A stretch of DNA of 64,000 nucleotides from Thermoplasmata archaeon (GTDB taxonomy: Archaea; Thermoplasmatota; E2; JACPAO01; JAHFTW01): positions 96,001-160,000 of the forward strand of contig JAXDQS010000005.1 of NCBI GenBank assembly GCA_034667725.1, given 5' to 3'. This document shows, one piece after another, positions 47,073 to 56,320 of this stretch. The translations under genes were made by a program, and so were the position numbers. Each line of letters opens with the position of its first letter. Positions within the stretch are counted from its first letter, which is position 1. The notes below the pieces were generated by a model. That model ran no database searches. It was not told where the DNA came from and saw only the letters and a program-made list of their open reading frames with translations.

Positions 47073-48752
47073 GTGCTGCGCCTGCTCGCGCTGCCCCTGC
47101 TCCTGCTGGCCGTCCCCCTCGCCGGCGCCGACCCGATGCTGGTGGCCGTGGTCCCGGACCTTCCCGGCAGCGAGGCGGGCGGCGAGGCGTTCGCGGTCGG
47201 CAGCGACACGGCCGCCGACCTGTCGGGCTGGACGGTCACGGACGGCGACCGCGCCTTCACGTTCCCTGCGGGCACGGCCGCCACGCCCGGCCAGCCCGTC
47301 TGGGTGGCGATGAACCAGGCCGAGTGGGCCCGCCACGGCGGCCCGCCCGCCCTCCTGGGCGACCTGCGGCTGGGCAACGACGGCGACACGCTGCGCCTTC
47401 TGGACCCGGCCGGCGCGGAGGCGGATGCCGTTTCCTGGGAGAGCGCCAGTCCCGGCCTCGTGCTCCAGCGCGACCGCGACCCGCTCTGGGTGGACACCGA
47501 CCGCCCCCAAGACTGGGCGACGCCGCGCACCCACAAGGTCGGCGAGACCGCGCTGCCGCAGCCCACGTTCACGGTCCAGGCCATCACGGCCTACGCCTCG
47601 CCGGACAGCAGCTTCGCGGTCCTCGACGGCTTGGCGCGGGGCGCGCGGGAGCGGCTGCACCTGCACGTGTACGAGCTGCGCTCGATGGAGCTGGTGGACG
47701 CCTTGGTCGCGGCCAAGGCGGCGTCCCCCGGCCTCGACCTGCAGGTCCTGGTGGACGAGGCGCCCGTGGGCATGACGGCCAGCGAGCGCCACCTGACGGC
47801 CGACGCGCTGCGCCGCGTCCAGGCCGCAGGCGGGCAGGCGTGGCTGGCGCAGCCGGGCCGCTACGACGACTGGCACCTCAAGGTGCTGGTCGCGGACGGT
47901 GTCGTCGCCCTCCAGTCCGAGAACTGGGTCGCGTCCGGCGTGCCGGTGGACCCGTCGACCGGCAACCGCGGCTGGGGCGTCGCGCTCCAGAGCCGCGAGG
48001 CCGCCGACTGGTTCGCCGGCTGGATGGCGGCCGACCGCGCCGCGTGGGACGTGGCGCCGTTCGAGCTCGCGGCCTTCGACCCCCAGTTCGAGCCGCCGGG
48101 CCGCGCCGCCGCCCGCGTCGGCGACTACGGCCCCCTGGTGCCGGCGCGCCGGCTCGACGGGCCGTTCGAAGTGGTTCCCCTGGTCGCGCCCGACCACACC
48201 GCCGACCCGCGCCGCGACCCGGTCGCGCGCCTGGTGGCGGCCGCGCAGCGCCGCGTCGACGCCCAGCAGCTCGACCTGGCCGTCGAGGCGCGCAACCAGG
48301 TCGGCTGGGCCGGCCCCGACCCGCTGGCGGCCGCCTTCGCCGAGGCGGCGGGGCGCGGCGTCGCGGTGCGGGTGCAGGCCGCGGCGCCGTTTGCCGCGAC
48401 CGACGCCGGCAACGGGCCGGAGCTGGCTTGGCTGGCGGCGCGCGGGGTGGCGACCCAGGTGCTGGACCGGCCCGGTCTGGGGACGCTGCACAACAAGGGG
48501 ATCGTCGTGGACGACGCCGTGGTGCTGGGCAGCATGAACGGGAACCACCACTCCCGCAGCGAGAACCGGGAGGCGGGCGTGGTGCTGCGCGGGCCGGGCG
48601 TCGCCGACTACTACGCGGCCTTGTTCGAGGCCGACTGGGCGGGCGAGACGGAGCGCGACTGGTCGGTCGTGGGCCAAGACCTGCGCGGGCTGCCTGCGCA
48701 GGGGCCAATCGTTATCCTCGGGTTGCTTTTGGCGTCCCGGAGCCGCCGTTGA
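47073..48752 (+). CDS. Secreted phospholipase D-family protein with N-terminal lamin-tail-like domain
   Basis: DLSGWTVTDG and LGNDGD (LTD-like); HLKVLVAD..SEN and HNKGIVVD..GSMN HKD motifs. Confidence 0.88.
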   Translation: MLRLLALPLLLLAVPLAGADPMLVAVVPDLPGSEAGGEAFAVGSDTAADLSGWTVTDGDRAFTFPAGTAATPGQPVWVAMNQAEWARHGGPPALLGDLRLGNDGDTLRLLDPAGAEADAVSWESASPGLVLQRDRDPLWVDTDRPQDWATPRTHKVGETALPQPTFTVQAITAYASPDSSFAVLDGLARGARERLHLHVYELRSMELVDALVAAKAASPGLDLQVLVDEAPVGMTASERHLTADALRRVQAAGGQAWLAQPGRYDDWHLKVLVADGVVALQSENWVASGVPVDPSTGNRGWGVALQSREAADWFAGWMAADRAAWDVAPFELAAFDPQFEPPGRAAARVGDYGPLVPARRLDGPFEVVPLVAPDHTADPRRDPVARLVAAAQRRVDAQQLDLAVEARNQVGWAGPDPLAAAFAEAAGRGVAVRVQAAAPFAATDAGNGPELAWLAARGVATQVLDRPGLGTLHNKGIVVDDAVVLGSMNGNHHSRSENREAGVVLRGPGVADYYAALFEADWAGETERDWSVVGQDLRGLPAQGPIVILGLLLASRSRR

Positions 48753-49723
48753 GCCTGCACCCCGCTTCCTGGGCCGCCCTTGGCTGCATCGCCGCGACCA
48801 TCGCCGTGGCGCTGTGGCGCCGCTGGCCGGCGACCGGGGTCCTCATCGCGGGCAACGTGGTGGTGTTCCTGCTGTCGCTGGCGGGGCCCCAGTTCGCGGA
48901 GCAGTTCCTGCTCTCGGACGGCCGGGTCTACCAGACGATGAGCCCGCTGGTGAGCGAGCAGCTGCTGTTCCACAGCGGCAACCTGCTGGAGTTCGTCCCC
49001 ATCGGCGTCGTCCAGCTGGTGTCGCACCAGTTCCTGCACGCCGACTTCCTCCACCTGTTCGGCAACATGCTCATGCTGTTCTTCCTCGGCTTGCCCTTCG
49101 AGGAGCGCATTGGGGCGCGCCGCTTCGTGGCCATCTACCTGTTCGCGGGCCTTGTTGGCGCGCTGGCGGAGCTTGTGGTCGCCCTGCCCGGCACGGTGCG
49201 GATGCTGGGCGCCTCGGGGGCCGTGGCGGGCGTCATCGGCGCGTTCGCCGTCAGCCACCCCAACCAGCAGGTCCCCATGCCGGTGCCGGCGATCTTCATC
49301 ACCTTCTTCGTCCGGATGCGGGTGTGGATCGCCGCCGTGCTGTTCGTGACGCTCCAGTTCGTCTACATGTACGCCTTCGGCGGCCGCGACAACACCGCCT
49401 ACATCGCGCACATCGGCGGCCTGCTTGGAGGTGCCCTGATGTCGTTCCTGATCGTCCGGCGCTCCAAGGAGGCGGGGGTCGTGCGCCCGGTCGCGGTGGA
49501 CCTGAAGAACCTGGCCCGGTTCGCCAACGACCCGAACACCCAGCAGGTGCTGCGCCACATGCAGGTCAACCACGACGAGCCGGCGGTGTTCCAGGCCTGG
49601 CTCGACCGGTTCTTCACCTCCGCCACCTGCCCGACCTGCCAGCACAAGGTCGCGCCCCGCCACCAGGGCGAAGTGGTCTGCACCCAAGGCCACCGCTTCG
49701 ACGTCCGCCAGGCCAAAGCCTGA
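48749..49723 (+). CDS. Rhomboid intramembrane serine protease with C-terminal Zn ribbon
   Basis: FLHADFLHLFGNM, GASGA, AHIGG; CPTC..C..GH.FD; TTG start overlaps the PLD stop. Confidence 0.9.
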   Translation: MSLHPASWAALGCIAATIAVALWRRWPATGVLIAGNVVVFLLSLAGPQFAEQFLLSDGRVYQTMSPLVSEQLLFHSGNLLEFVPIGVVQLVSHQFLHADFLHLFGNMLMLFFLGLPFEERIGARRFVAIYLFAGLVGALAELVVALPGTVRMLGASGAVAGVIGAFAVSHPNQQVPMPVPAIFITFFVRMRVWIAAVLFVTLQFVYMYAFGGRDNTAYIAHIGGLLGGALMSFLIVRRSKEAGVVRPVAVDLKNLARFANDPNTQQVLRHMQVNHDEPAVFQAWLDRFFTSATCPTCQHKVAPRHQGEVVCTQGHRFDVRQAKA

Positions 49724-49736
49724 AGGCGACGCCGCA

Positions 49737-50291
49737 TTGGGCCTCCGCGTGCCCGTCGCGCCGCAGATCCACCCCACCAGCGTCCTGTGCCCTGGCGCCG
49801 TCGTCATCGGCCAGGTCACCATCGAGGCGGAGTGCTTCATCGGCCCCAACGCGGTGCTGCGCGGCGACATCGAGCCCATCGTGGTGCGCCGCGGCTCCAA
49901 CATCCAGGACAACTGCATAGTCCACACCGAGAAGGGCTCCCCCGTCGTCATCGGGCCGGACGCCTCGGTCGGCCACGGCGCCGTCGTCCACGGGGCCACC
50001 ATCGGCGAGCGTGCGCTCGTCGGCATGAATGCGGTGGTGCTGAACGGCGCCTCCGTGGGCGAGCGGGCCGTCGTCGGCGCCCTCACCTTGGTGCCCAGCA
50101 ACTTCCACGTCCCGCCCCGCAGCCTGGCCGTCGGCGTCCCCTGCACCGTCAAGAAGCAGGGCGACGCTGCGGTCGCGGAGATGGCGTTCCAGAACACCGA
50201 GCGCTACCACCGCTACCGCAACGAGCACTTGGAAGGCAAGTGGGGGACCGTGCGCGGCCCCGCGAACGACCACGGCGTCTTCCCCCGTTAG
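49737..50291 (+). CDS. Gamma carbonic anhydrase-family hexapeptide protein
   Basis: VLRGD, NIQDNCIVH, VGHGAVVHG. Confidence 0.9.
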   Translation: MGLRVPVAPQIHPTSVLCPGAVVIGQVTIEAECFIGPNAVLRGDIEPIVVRRGSNIQDNCIVHTEKGSPVVIGPDASVGHGAVVHGATIGERALVGMNAVVLNGASVGERAVVGALTLVPSNFHVPPRSLAVGVPCTVKKQGDAAVAEMAFQNTERYHRYRNEHLEGKWGTVRGPANDHGVFPR

Positions 50292-50292
50292 C

Positions 50293-51624
50293 ATGGTCGC
50301 CATCGCCCCGTTCCGGGCCTTGCGCTTCCGGAACGGCCTCGACCTTGCGGCCCTCACGACGCCGCCGCACGACTGCATCCCCGAGCCGCTGCTGCGCCAC
50401 TTCCGCGCCGGCGACCCGCGCAACGTCGTCCACGTCGTGCTGCCCGAGGACGCTTCCAGCGACGGGCCCGAGGCGAAGTTCCAGCGCGCCGCCGCCCTCC
50501 TGGCCAAGCTCATGGCGGACGGCGACCTGGCGCGCGACGCGCGGCCCGCGTTCTACCTTTACCACGCCACCCACGGCCCGGCCGAGTCGCGCGCCACCAT
50601 GCGGGCGCTGTTCTGCCGGCTGCGCCTCGACCCCGCCCACAAGGAGGTCAAGCCGCACGAGAAGACCCTGCGCCGCGCCAAGCAGGACCGGCTCCACCTC
50701 CGGGTCGCGACCCGATGCGACGTCGAGCCCATCTGGCTGCTGTACCGCGACCCCCGCGGCTGGGTCGAGGAGCTGCTGGAGTCCAACAGCTTCGACGAGC
50801 TGGCCCGCTTCACCGACGAGGAAGGGACCGAGCATCGCCTGTGGCGCGTCGACCGCCCCGAGGCCGTCGGCGAGATCGTGGCCCAGTTCGAGGACCGCAC
50901 GCTCGTCATCGCGGACGGCCATCACCGCTACCAGACGGCGCTCGACCACCACGCCCAGACCGGCCGCCCCGAGCATGGCAGCATCCTGGTCGGCCTGGTG
51001 CGCGACAACGACCCCGGCCTGCGCATCGAGGCCACGCACCGCCTCGTCCACTCCACCGGCATGACCCTGGCCCAGGCCCTTGCGAAGGCCACCCACCACA
51101 CCGTTCGCCGCATCCACTCCGACGACCTGCTTGCCGACGCGCACGACCTGGCCGCCATGCCGGGAGCCGAAGGCCGGCAGGCGGTCGTCGTCGGCAAGGG
51201 CGCCGACGGCCGGCTGGAGGCGCACCTCTTGACCCTGAAGCCCGGCTCCGAGCTGGCGACCGGCCGCGGCCGGCTCGACACGCTCGCCGTCACGCGGGTC
51301 CACGAGCGCCTGCTGCGGGACGGCTGGGGCTTCGACCTGGAGAAGCCCGAGGCGCACCTGCGCTTCAGCCGCGACCCGCACGCCGCCCTCCAGGAAGTGG
51401 CGCACGGCGGCTGCGAGTTCGCGCTGCTCTTGAGCCCCGAGCCGGTGGCGGCGGTGCTGGACGTCGCGTCCGAGGGCCAGCTCATGCCCCAGAAGGCGAC
51501 CTACTTCGTGCCCAAGCTGCGCAGCGGAGTGGTGCTGTCGCCGCTGGATGAGCCGTTGCCGGTGGGCTGGACCGAGGTCGCGGGCGACGGCGGCAGGCCG
51601 GACACGCGGTTGCCAAAAATCTGA
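50293..51624 (+). CDS. DUF1015 family protein
   Basis: IAPFRALR, PPHD, PHEKT, IADGHHRY, MPQKATYFVPK. Confidence 0.9.
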   Translation: MVAIAPFRALRFRNGLDLAALTTPPHDCIPEPLLRHFRAGDPRNVVHVVLPEDASSDGPEAKFQRAAALLAKLMADGDLARDARPAFYLYHATHGPAESRATMRALFCRLRLDPAHKEVKPHEKTLRRAKQDRLHLRVATRCDVEPIWLLYRDPRGWVEELLESNSFDELARFTDEEGTEHRLWRVDRPEAVGEIVAQFEDRTLVIADGHHRYQTALDHHAQTGRPEHGSILVGLVRDNDPGLRIEATHRLVHSTGMTLAQALAKATHHTVRRIHSDDLLADAHDLAAMPGAEGRQAVVVGKGADGRLEAHLLTLKPGSELATGRGRLDTLAVTRVHERLLRDGWGFDLEKPEAHLRFSRDPHAALQEVAHGGCEFALLLSPEPVAAVLDVASEGQLMPQKATYFVPKLRSGVVLSPLDEPLPVGWTEVAGDGGRPDTRLPKI

Positions 51625-51687
51625 AAGTCCACGCCCATGGGTCGCCGATGGCCGGCGAGGCCCGGCCCCGGCGTTGAGGGTGGCGCG

Positions 51688-52233
51688 TCAGCGCCCCGCT
51701 GAACGCGAAGCGGAAGCGGCTCGGTGGGTCGCGCGCGGAGCGTCGCGGCCCGCCAGGGGGTCCAAGGGGCGAAGCCCCTTGCGGCCCATCTTGACGATGG
51801 CGTCGAAGTGCGCCTTGTCCACCGGCTGCACCGACAGCCGCGACGCCTTGCCCGACGTCAGCAGCATCCCGTTCAGGGCGTCGCTGTCGCGCAGCGCCTC
51901 CAACGGCACGAGGGCGGGGAACGCCTCCACGAACCCGAGGTCCACCGCCTGCCAGACGGGGTTCTCCGGGCTGGCCTTCGGGTCGTAATGGTGGTCCTTC
52001 TTGTTCCACGCCGTCGCGTCGGGATGGGCCGTGCCGACCACCTTGGCGACGCCCACGACGCCGGAGGGGTCCGCGTTGGAGTGGTAGAACAACACTTTGT
52101 CGCCCTTGCGCATCGCGACCATGAAGTTGCGTGCCTGGTAGTTGCGGACGCCGTCCCAGGAGGTCGTGCCGTCGCGCTCCAGGTCGTGGATGCCGTAGGA
52201 GCCGGGCTCGGACTTCATCAGCCAGTAGGCCAC
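51688..52233 (-). CDS. EVE-domain protein
   Basis: YWLMKSEP, WDGVRNYQARN, LFYHS, SRLSVQPV. Confidence 0.92.
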   Translation of the reverse strand: MAYWLMKSEPGSYGIHDLERDGTTSWDGVRNYQARNFMVAMRKGDKVLFYHSNADPSGVVGVAKVVGTAHPDATAWNKKDHHYDPKASPENPVWQAVDLGFVEAFPALVPLEALRDSDALNGMLLTSGKASRLSVQPVDKAHFDAIVKMGRKGLRPLDPLAGRDAPRATHRAASASRSAGR

Positions 52234-52244
52234 GCGCCGCGGAC

Positions 52245-53438
52245 TCAGGCTTTGGCGATAATCTTCACCACATCGCCCGCCCCCAGCACGTGGTCCGCCC
52301 CGATGGTGCGCTTGGTGCGGCAGTCGATGGCGCGGATGAAGTGCTCCGCCAGGTCGGTGTGGACCTTGGCCGCCAGTTGCCGCGCCGTCGTCCCGGGAGG
52401 CACCAAGTGGCAGTCGGGCAGCACGCGGTCCTGCTTGTCGGTGAGCTTGGCCTCGTCCTCGACGGGGAACACCGGGATGCGGCCCAGCAGCCGCAGCACC
52501 GCCGTCTCCAGCGCAGGCACGACGCCCGTCGAGCCGTGCGGCTTCAGCACGTGGTCGCGGATGTAGTCGAGGCCCTTCTGCTGCGGCGCGGACAGGGTCC
52601 CCTTGACGGTGAACTCGGAGCCGCCGGGCGCGTAGTCGACGAGGCCCGCGGCGGCGGCCTTCTGCAACGCCAGCTCGGACTGGGCGCTGGTGCGCACCGC
52701 CGGCAGCCCGCCCGCCTCCGCCTCCAGCTTCGCAAGCGCGGCCGGCTCGGCCAGGTCGGCCTTGTTGAGCGCCAGCACCATCGGCTTGGACGAGCGCCGC
52801 AGCGCCCGCGCCAGCTCCAGCAGCCGGGGGCCGCCGAGGTCGGTCGCCTTCAGGCCAACGAGCCCCGCGTCGCGCAGGCCCTTGGCCGCGAGCGCCTCGG
52901 TGATGCCGATGCCGCCGAGCTTCTCGGCCAGCACGACCTCCAGCTTGCGGTTCTCCATCTGGCTGCGCTTGGCGATGCGGTCCCAGCCGTCGGCCAGGAT
53001 GCCCTCGATCCAATGGTCGACCTCGTCGGGCAGGAACCGGATGTCGGACGCGACGTCGTGGCCGCGCTGGGGCAGGACGTTGCCTTCGGCGTCCGTGCCG
53101 CCCGAGGCGTCGACGACGTGCACCAAAACGTCGGCCTGCGCCAGGTCGCCGAGGAACTTGTTGCCGAGGCCGCGGCCCTCGTGGGCGCCGGGGACGAGGC
53201 CGGCGACGTCCACCAGCTCGATGGGCACGTAGCGGGTGCCGCCGACGACGCGGCCGTGGCGGGGCGTGCTCTGGACGCCGAAGGCGGGGCCCGGATCCGG
53301 GACGCGCACGGCGGCGACCCCGTGGTTGGCCTCGATGGTGGTGAAGGGGTAGTTGCCGATGGCGGCCTCGGCGGCCGTGGCGGCGGCGAAGAACGTGGAC
53401 TTGCCGACGTTGGGTTTGCCGACGAGGCCGACCTTCAA
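52245..53438 (-). CDS. Obg-family translation-associated GTPase (archaeal YchF-like)
   Basis: GKPNVGKST, NYPFTT, DVAGLV, NKAD, C-terminal TGS domain. Confidence 0.93.
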   Translation of the reverse strand: MKVGLVGKPNVGKSTFFAAATAAEAAIGNYPFTTIEANHGVAAVRVPDPGPAFGVQSTPRHGRVVGGTRYVPIELVDVAGLVPGAHEGRGLGNKFLGDLAQADVLVHVVDASGGTDAEGNVLPQRGHDVASDIRFLPDEVDHWIEGILADGWDRIAKRSQMENRKLEVVLAEKLGGIGITEALAAKGLRDAGLVGLKATDLGGPRLLELARALRRSSKPMVLALNKADLAEPAALAKLEAEAGGLPAVRTSAQSELALQKAAAAGLVDYAPGGSEFTVKGTLSAPQQKGLDYIRDHVLKPHGSTGVVPALETAVLRLLGRIPVFPVEDEAKLTDKQDRVLPDCHLVPPGTTARQLAAKVHTDLAEHFIRAIDCRTKRTIGADHVLGAGDVVKIIAKA

Positions 53439-53463
53439 GGCGAGCGGCCCAGCGGACCCGGGC

Positions 53464-54060
53464 TCAAATCGTTGGCGGGGCGCCGCCCGGCTGGAGGGCG
53501 TCGTGGTTGGCGTGCGACGGCGCGCCGGCGCCGGGCAGGCCGATCTGCGACTGCTCGACGTCGGTCAAGAGCTCGGCGAGGCCCTGCTGCGGGAAATAGC
53601 GGTTGCTCTGCAGGCCGCGGCGCTCGTGCACCAGGCCCTCGGCCAGGAGCGGCTCGATGGAGGCGCGGAAGGTCTTGCGCGAGACGTTGACGGCGTCGCA
53701 GACGTCCACCTGGCGGGCGCCGGGGTGGTCGCGGATGAAGGCGGCGACCTCCTGGCGGCGGCCTTGGTGGAGGACGGCCAGCAGGCGGGCCCGGCCGGGC
53801 TCGACCTCCTGGGGGAAGAACCGGCGCTCGCGGCCGGCCTCGATGGCGGTGACCATGTCGGTCTTGCCGAGCAGGCTGAGATGGTACTGGACGGTGCCCC
53901 AGGGCTCGCCGGCGGTGCGGCAGAGCTCGCTGGCGTGGATGCCGGGGCGTTCGTGGATGATGGTCAGGAGCCGCCGCCGAAGCGGCTGCTCCCCAAGGCG
54001 GGCTTCTTCGACGCGGCCCACGAGTGAGCCGGCAAGCAGTTGGGCAACAAGGTCGAACAT
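53464..54060 (-). CDS. Tandem winged-HTH transcriptional regulator
   Basis: IIHERPGIH..EL...GTVQYHL and FIRDHPG..QVDVC double wHTH. Confidence 0.85.
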   Translation of the reverse strand: MFDLVAQLLAGSLVGRVEEARLGEQPLRRRLLTIIHERPGIHASELCRTAGEPWGTVQYHLSLLGKTDMVTAIEAGRERRFFPQEVEPGRARLLAVLHQGRRQEVAAFIRDHPGARQVDVCDAVNVSRKTFRASIEPLLAEGLVHERRGLQSNRYFPQQGLAELLTDVEQSQIGLPGAGAPSHANHDALQPGGAPPTI

Positions 54061-54072
54061 GGTGTTTCACTC

Positions 54073-55662
54073 CTAAGCGTACCCGCTCGCATCCCGCGGC
54101 TCGGGGGGCGAGGGGGGTCGTACTGGCGGCGCGGCACTTGTAGTTGCCGCTCTGCCCATCCTTTCCTGCACGTCCTTCAGGAGGGCGGGGGTCCGCCGAA
54201 CCGCTTCCTCGAACGAGGAGCGGGCCTCCTCCAGGCGGCCCAGCTCGTGCTGGGCGACCCCTAGGACGTAGTGGAGCACGCCGTCGGTGGGGCGGCGCGT
54301 CTGGAGGTGGTGCCGGACCTCGCGCACGACGACGCGGTGCCGGCCGGACTTGGACAGCGCGATGGCGCGGCTGAGCATGGCGTCCTCGGAGTCGGGGCGC
54401 CGGAGGAGGATGCGGCGGGCGTCGCGGGCGGCCCGGCGGAAGGCGTTGGCCTCCAGGGCGGCCTCGACGTCGGCCAGGATGGGGAGCCGGCGCATCCGGC
54501 GGTAGACCAGGTAGGTGCAGGCGAGGCCGGCCACCAGGACGACGGTGCCGGCGGCGACCCCTTCCAGGATGGCGTCCGGCGGCGAGGCGTAGACGGGGCC
54601 GTCGGGGATGGGGTGGCCCTCGGCGTCCACCGGGACCAGGTCGAGGTCCAGGACGCTGCCCTCGGGGCGGGCCGCGAGCCCCTGGGGGCCGCGCAGCTCC
54701 AGCTGGGGGCTGCTGACATGCACGGGCGGGTCGTCGGCGGCCGCGACCATGCCGGTGGCGGACTGGACGACGGCGACGCCTTGGACGTAGGTGGAGAGCA
54801 GCGACGGGCCGGACCAGGAGGCGGCGGCGTCGGGGGAGCTGAAGGTGAGCACGCCGTCCTCGACCAGGACGCGCAGGAAGACCTCGCGGACCTCGTGCAG
54901 GCTCTCCTGGCCGGGCTGGCCGGGGGCAAGGGCGGACTCCCAGCGGCCGCTCTCGAAGGCCCAGGCGCGGCTCGGGGTGGCGACCTCGCCGGAGATGCCG
55001 ACGGCCTCGAGGGTGAAGTCGCCGCGCCAGGTGACGGTGGCGGGGCCGGCGCTGGCCGAGTGGACGTGCGGCGAGCTGGCCTGGGGGCGGGACCAGTAGG
55101 GTGAGGCCTGCGGGCTCTGCTGCTCGATGGGGACGTTGTTGTCCGCGATGCCCATGTGGGTCAGGATGGGCTCCTGGAGGACGCCGACGCGGGGCGAGGT
55201 GGTCTGCGCGTCGTGGCGCAGGGTGCTGGCCTCGTTGAAGACGATGATGGTGAAGCCGGCCTGGGCGCCGCCGACGACGAGGCGGGCGTCGCGGCCGGAG
55301 TTCTCCACGGGCTCCGGGGCCTGGCCCAAGGAGCGCATGTACTGGCCGGTGTAGGCGGCGACCGAGTCGGGCTCGTCCATGAACGGGACGTCCTGCGGGA
55401 AGGGGGCGCGGGCCTCGTGGCCTTGGTCCTCGTATTGGATTGTGGTGATGCGGGCGGCCTCGATGGTCAAGGTCGGGGCGGGGCCGGTCTGGTTGCGCGC
55501 GAGGTGGCCGAACTGGACGAGCCCCTCCTCGCGGACGTCGGCGTCGAACACCACGGCGTCGCCGTTCAGGTTGCCGCGGGAGCTGGGCGTGGCCGAAGCC
55601 GATCCGGCGACCAGCAGGGCGGCGATCGCCGCGAAGACGAGGATGCGGGCGACCAGGCTCAG
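54073..55662 (-). CDS. Single-pass membrane protein: ectodomain + TM + cytoplasmic TPR (copy B)
   Basis: Frame open up to a signal peptide starting at CTG 55662; TM GTVVLVAGLACTYLVY; TPR motif LHYVLGVAQHELGRLEEA. Confidence 0.78.
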   Translation of the reverse strand: MSLVARILVFAAIAALLVAGSASATPSSRGNLNGDAVVFDADVREEGLVQFGHLARNQTGPAPTLTIEAARITTIQYEDQGHEARAPFPQDVPFMDEPDSVAAYTGQYMRSLGQAPEPVENSGRDARLVVGGAQAGFTIIVFNEASTLRHDAQTTSPRVGVLQEPILTHMGIADNNVPIEQQSPQASPYWSRPQASSPHVHSASAGPATVTWRGDFTLEAVGISGEVATPSRAWAFESGRWESALAPGQPGQESLHEVREVFLRVLVEDGVLTFSSPDAAASWSGPSLLSTYVQGVAVVQSATGMVAAADDPPVHVSSPQLELRGPQGLAARPEGSVLDLDLVPVDAEGHPIPDGPVYASPPDAILEGVAAGTVVLVAGLACTYLVYRRMRRLPILADVEAALEANAFRRAARDARRILLRRPDSEDAMLSRAIALSKSGRHRVVVREVRHHLQTRRPTDGVLHYVLGVAQHELGRLEEARSSFEEAVRRTPALLKDVQERMGRAATTSAAPPVRPPSPPEPRDASGYA

Positions 55663-55669
55663 TGTGCCT

Positions 55670-56233
55670 TCACGCTCCGATGGGCGAGACGGTCAGGTAG
55701 GTCTTGAGGGGACCGCCGGAGGCGGCGGACGCCCAGTCGATGCGGCAGGCGTCGAGCTCGTACATGGTCATCCCGGAGTAAACCTGGACGCGGGGGCCGG
55801 AGCCTGAGCCGCTGCCGCCGAGGGGCAGGCACACGACGCGGTGGGCCTCGACGCCGTCCTCCTCGCCCTCCTCGGTGACGGTGACGGTGGCGGGGACGCC
55901 GTAGCGGGCGTCGCGCAGCACGGTCCCCACAAGGGGGCCGTCCTCCAGGACGCCGTCCCGGAAGACGCAGTTGTTGACCACGATCATGTTCAGCACCGGG
56001 TACATCTTGATTCCCGGGCGGTCGCCGGTGCCCTCGACGGGGTAGCAGGTGCCCTCCACTTGGCGGTCGGGGACCATGGAGTAGTCGACCGTGATCTGCA
56101 GCTGCACCGGGAGGCCATGGTAGGGGCAGCTGCTGTCCACGCAGTAGTCGCCGGCCGAGGCCAGGCCGCCGGGGGCCGCGACGGCGGCAAGGAACAAGGC
56201 CGAAAGGACGGCGGGGACGACCGGGCGGGCCAT
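55670..56233 (-). CDS. Small Cys-containing secreted protein (copy B)
   Basis: Signal peptide; CYPVEGTGDRPG..YPVLNMIVVNNC. Confidence 0.75.
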   Translation of the reverse strand: MARPVVPAVLSALFLAAVAAPGGLASAGDYCVDSSCPYHGLPVQLQITVDYSMVPDRQVEGTCYPVEGTGDRPGIKMYPVLNMIVVNNCVFRDGVLEDGPLVGTVLRDARYGVPATVTVTEEGEEDGVEAHRVVCLPLGGSGSGSGPRVQVYSGMTMYELDACRIDWASAASGGPLKTYLTVSPIGA

Positions 56234-56320
56234 GGAGACGGCAGGGACATTCCTTGCGAGGGCCTATAGGTTCGCAACCGTTTCCTTTCTGCCGGCCAGA
56301 AGGGCAACAGGAGGGAAAAG

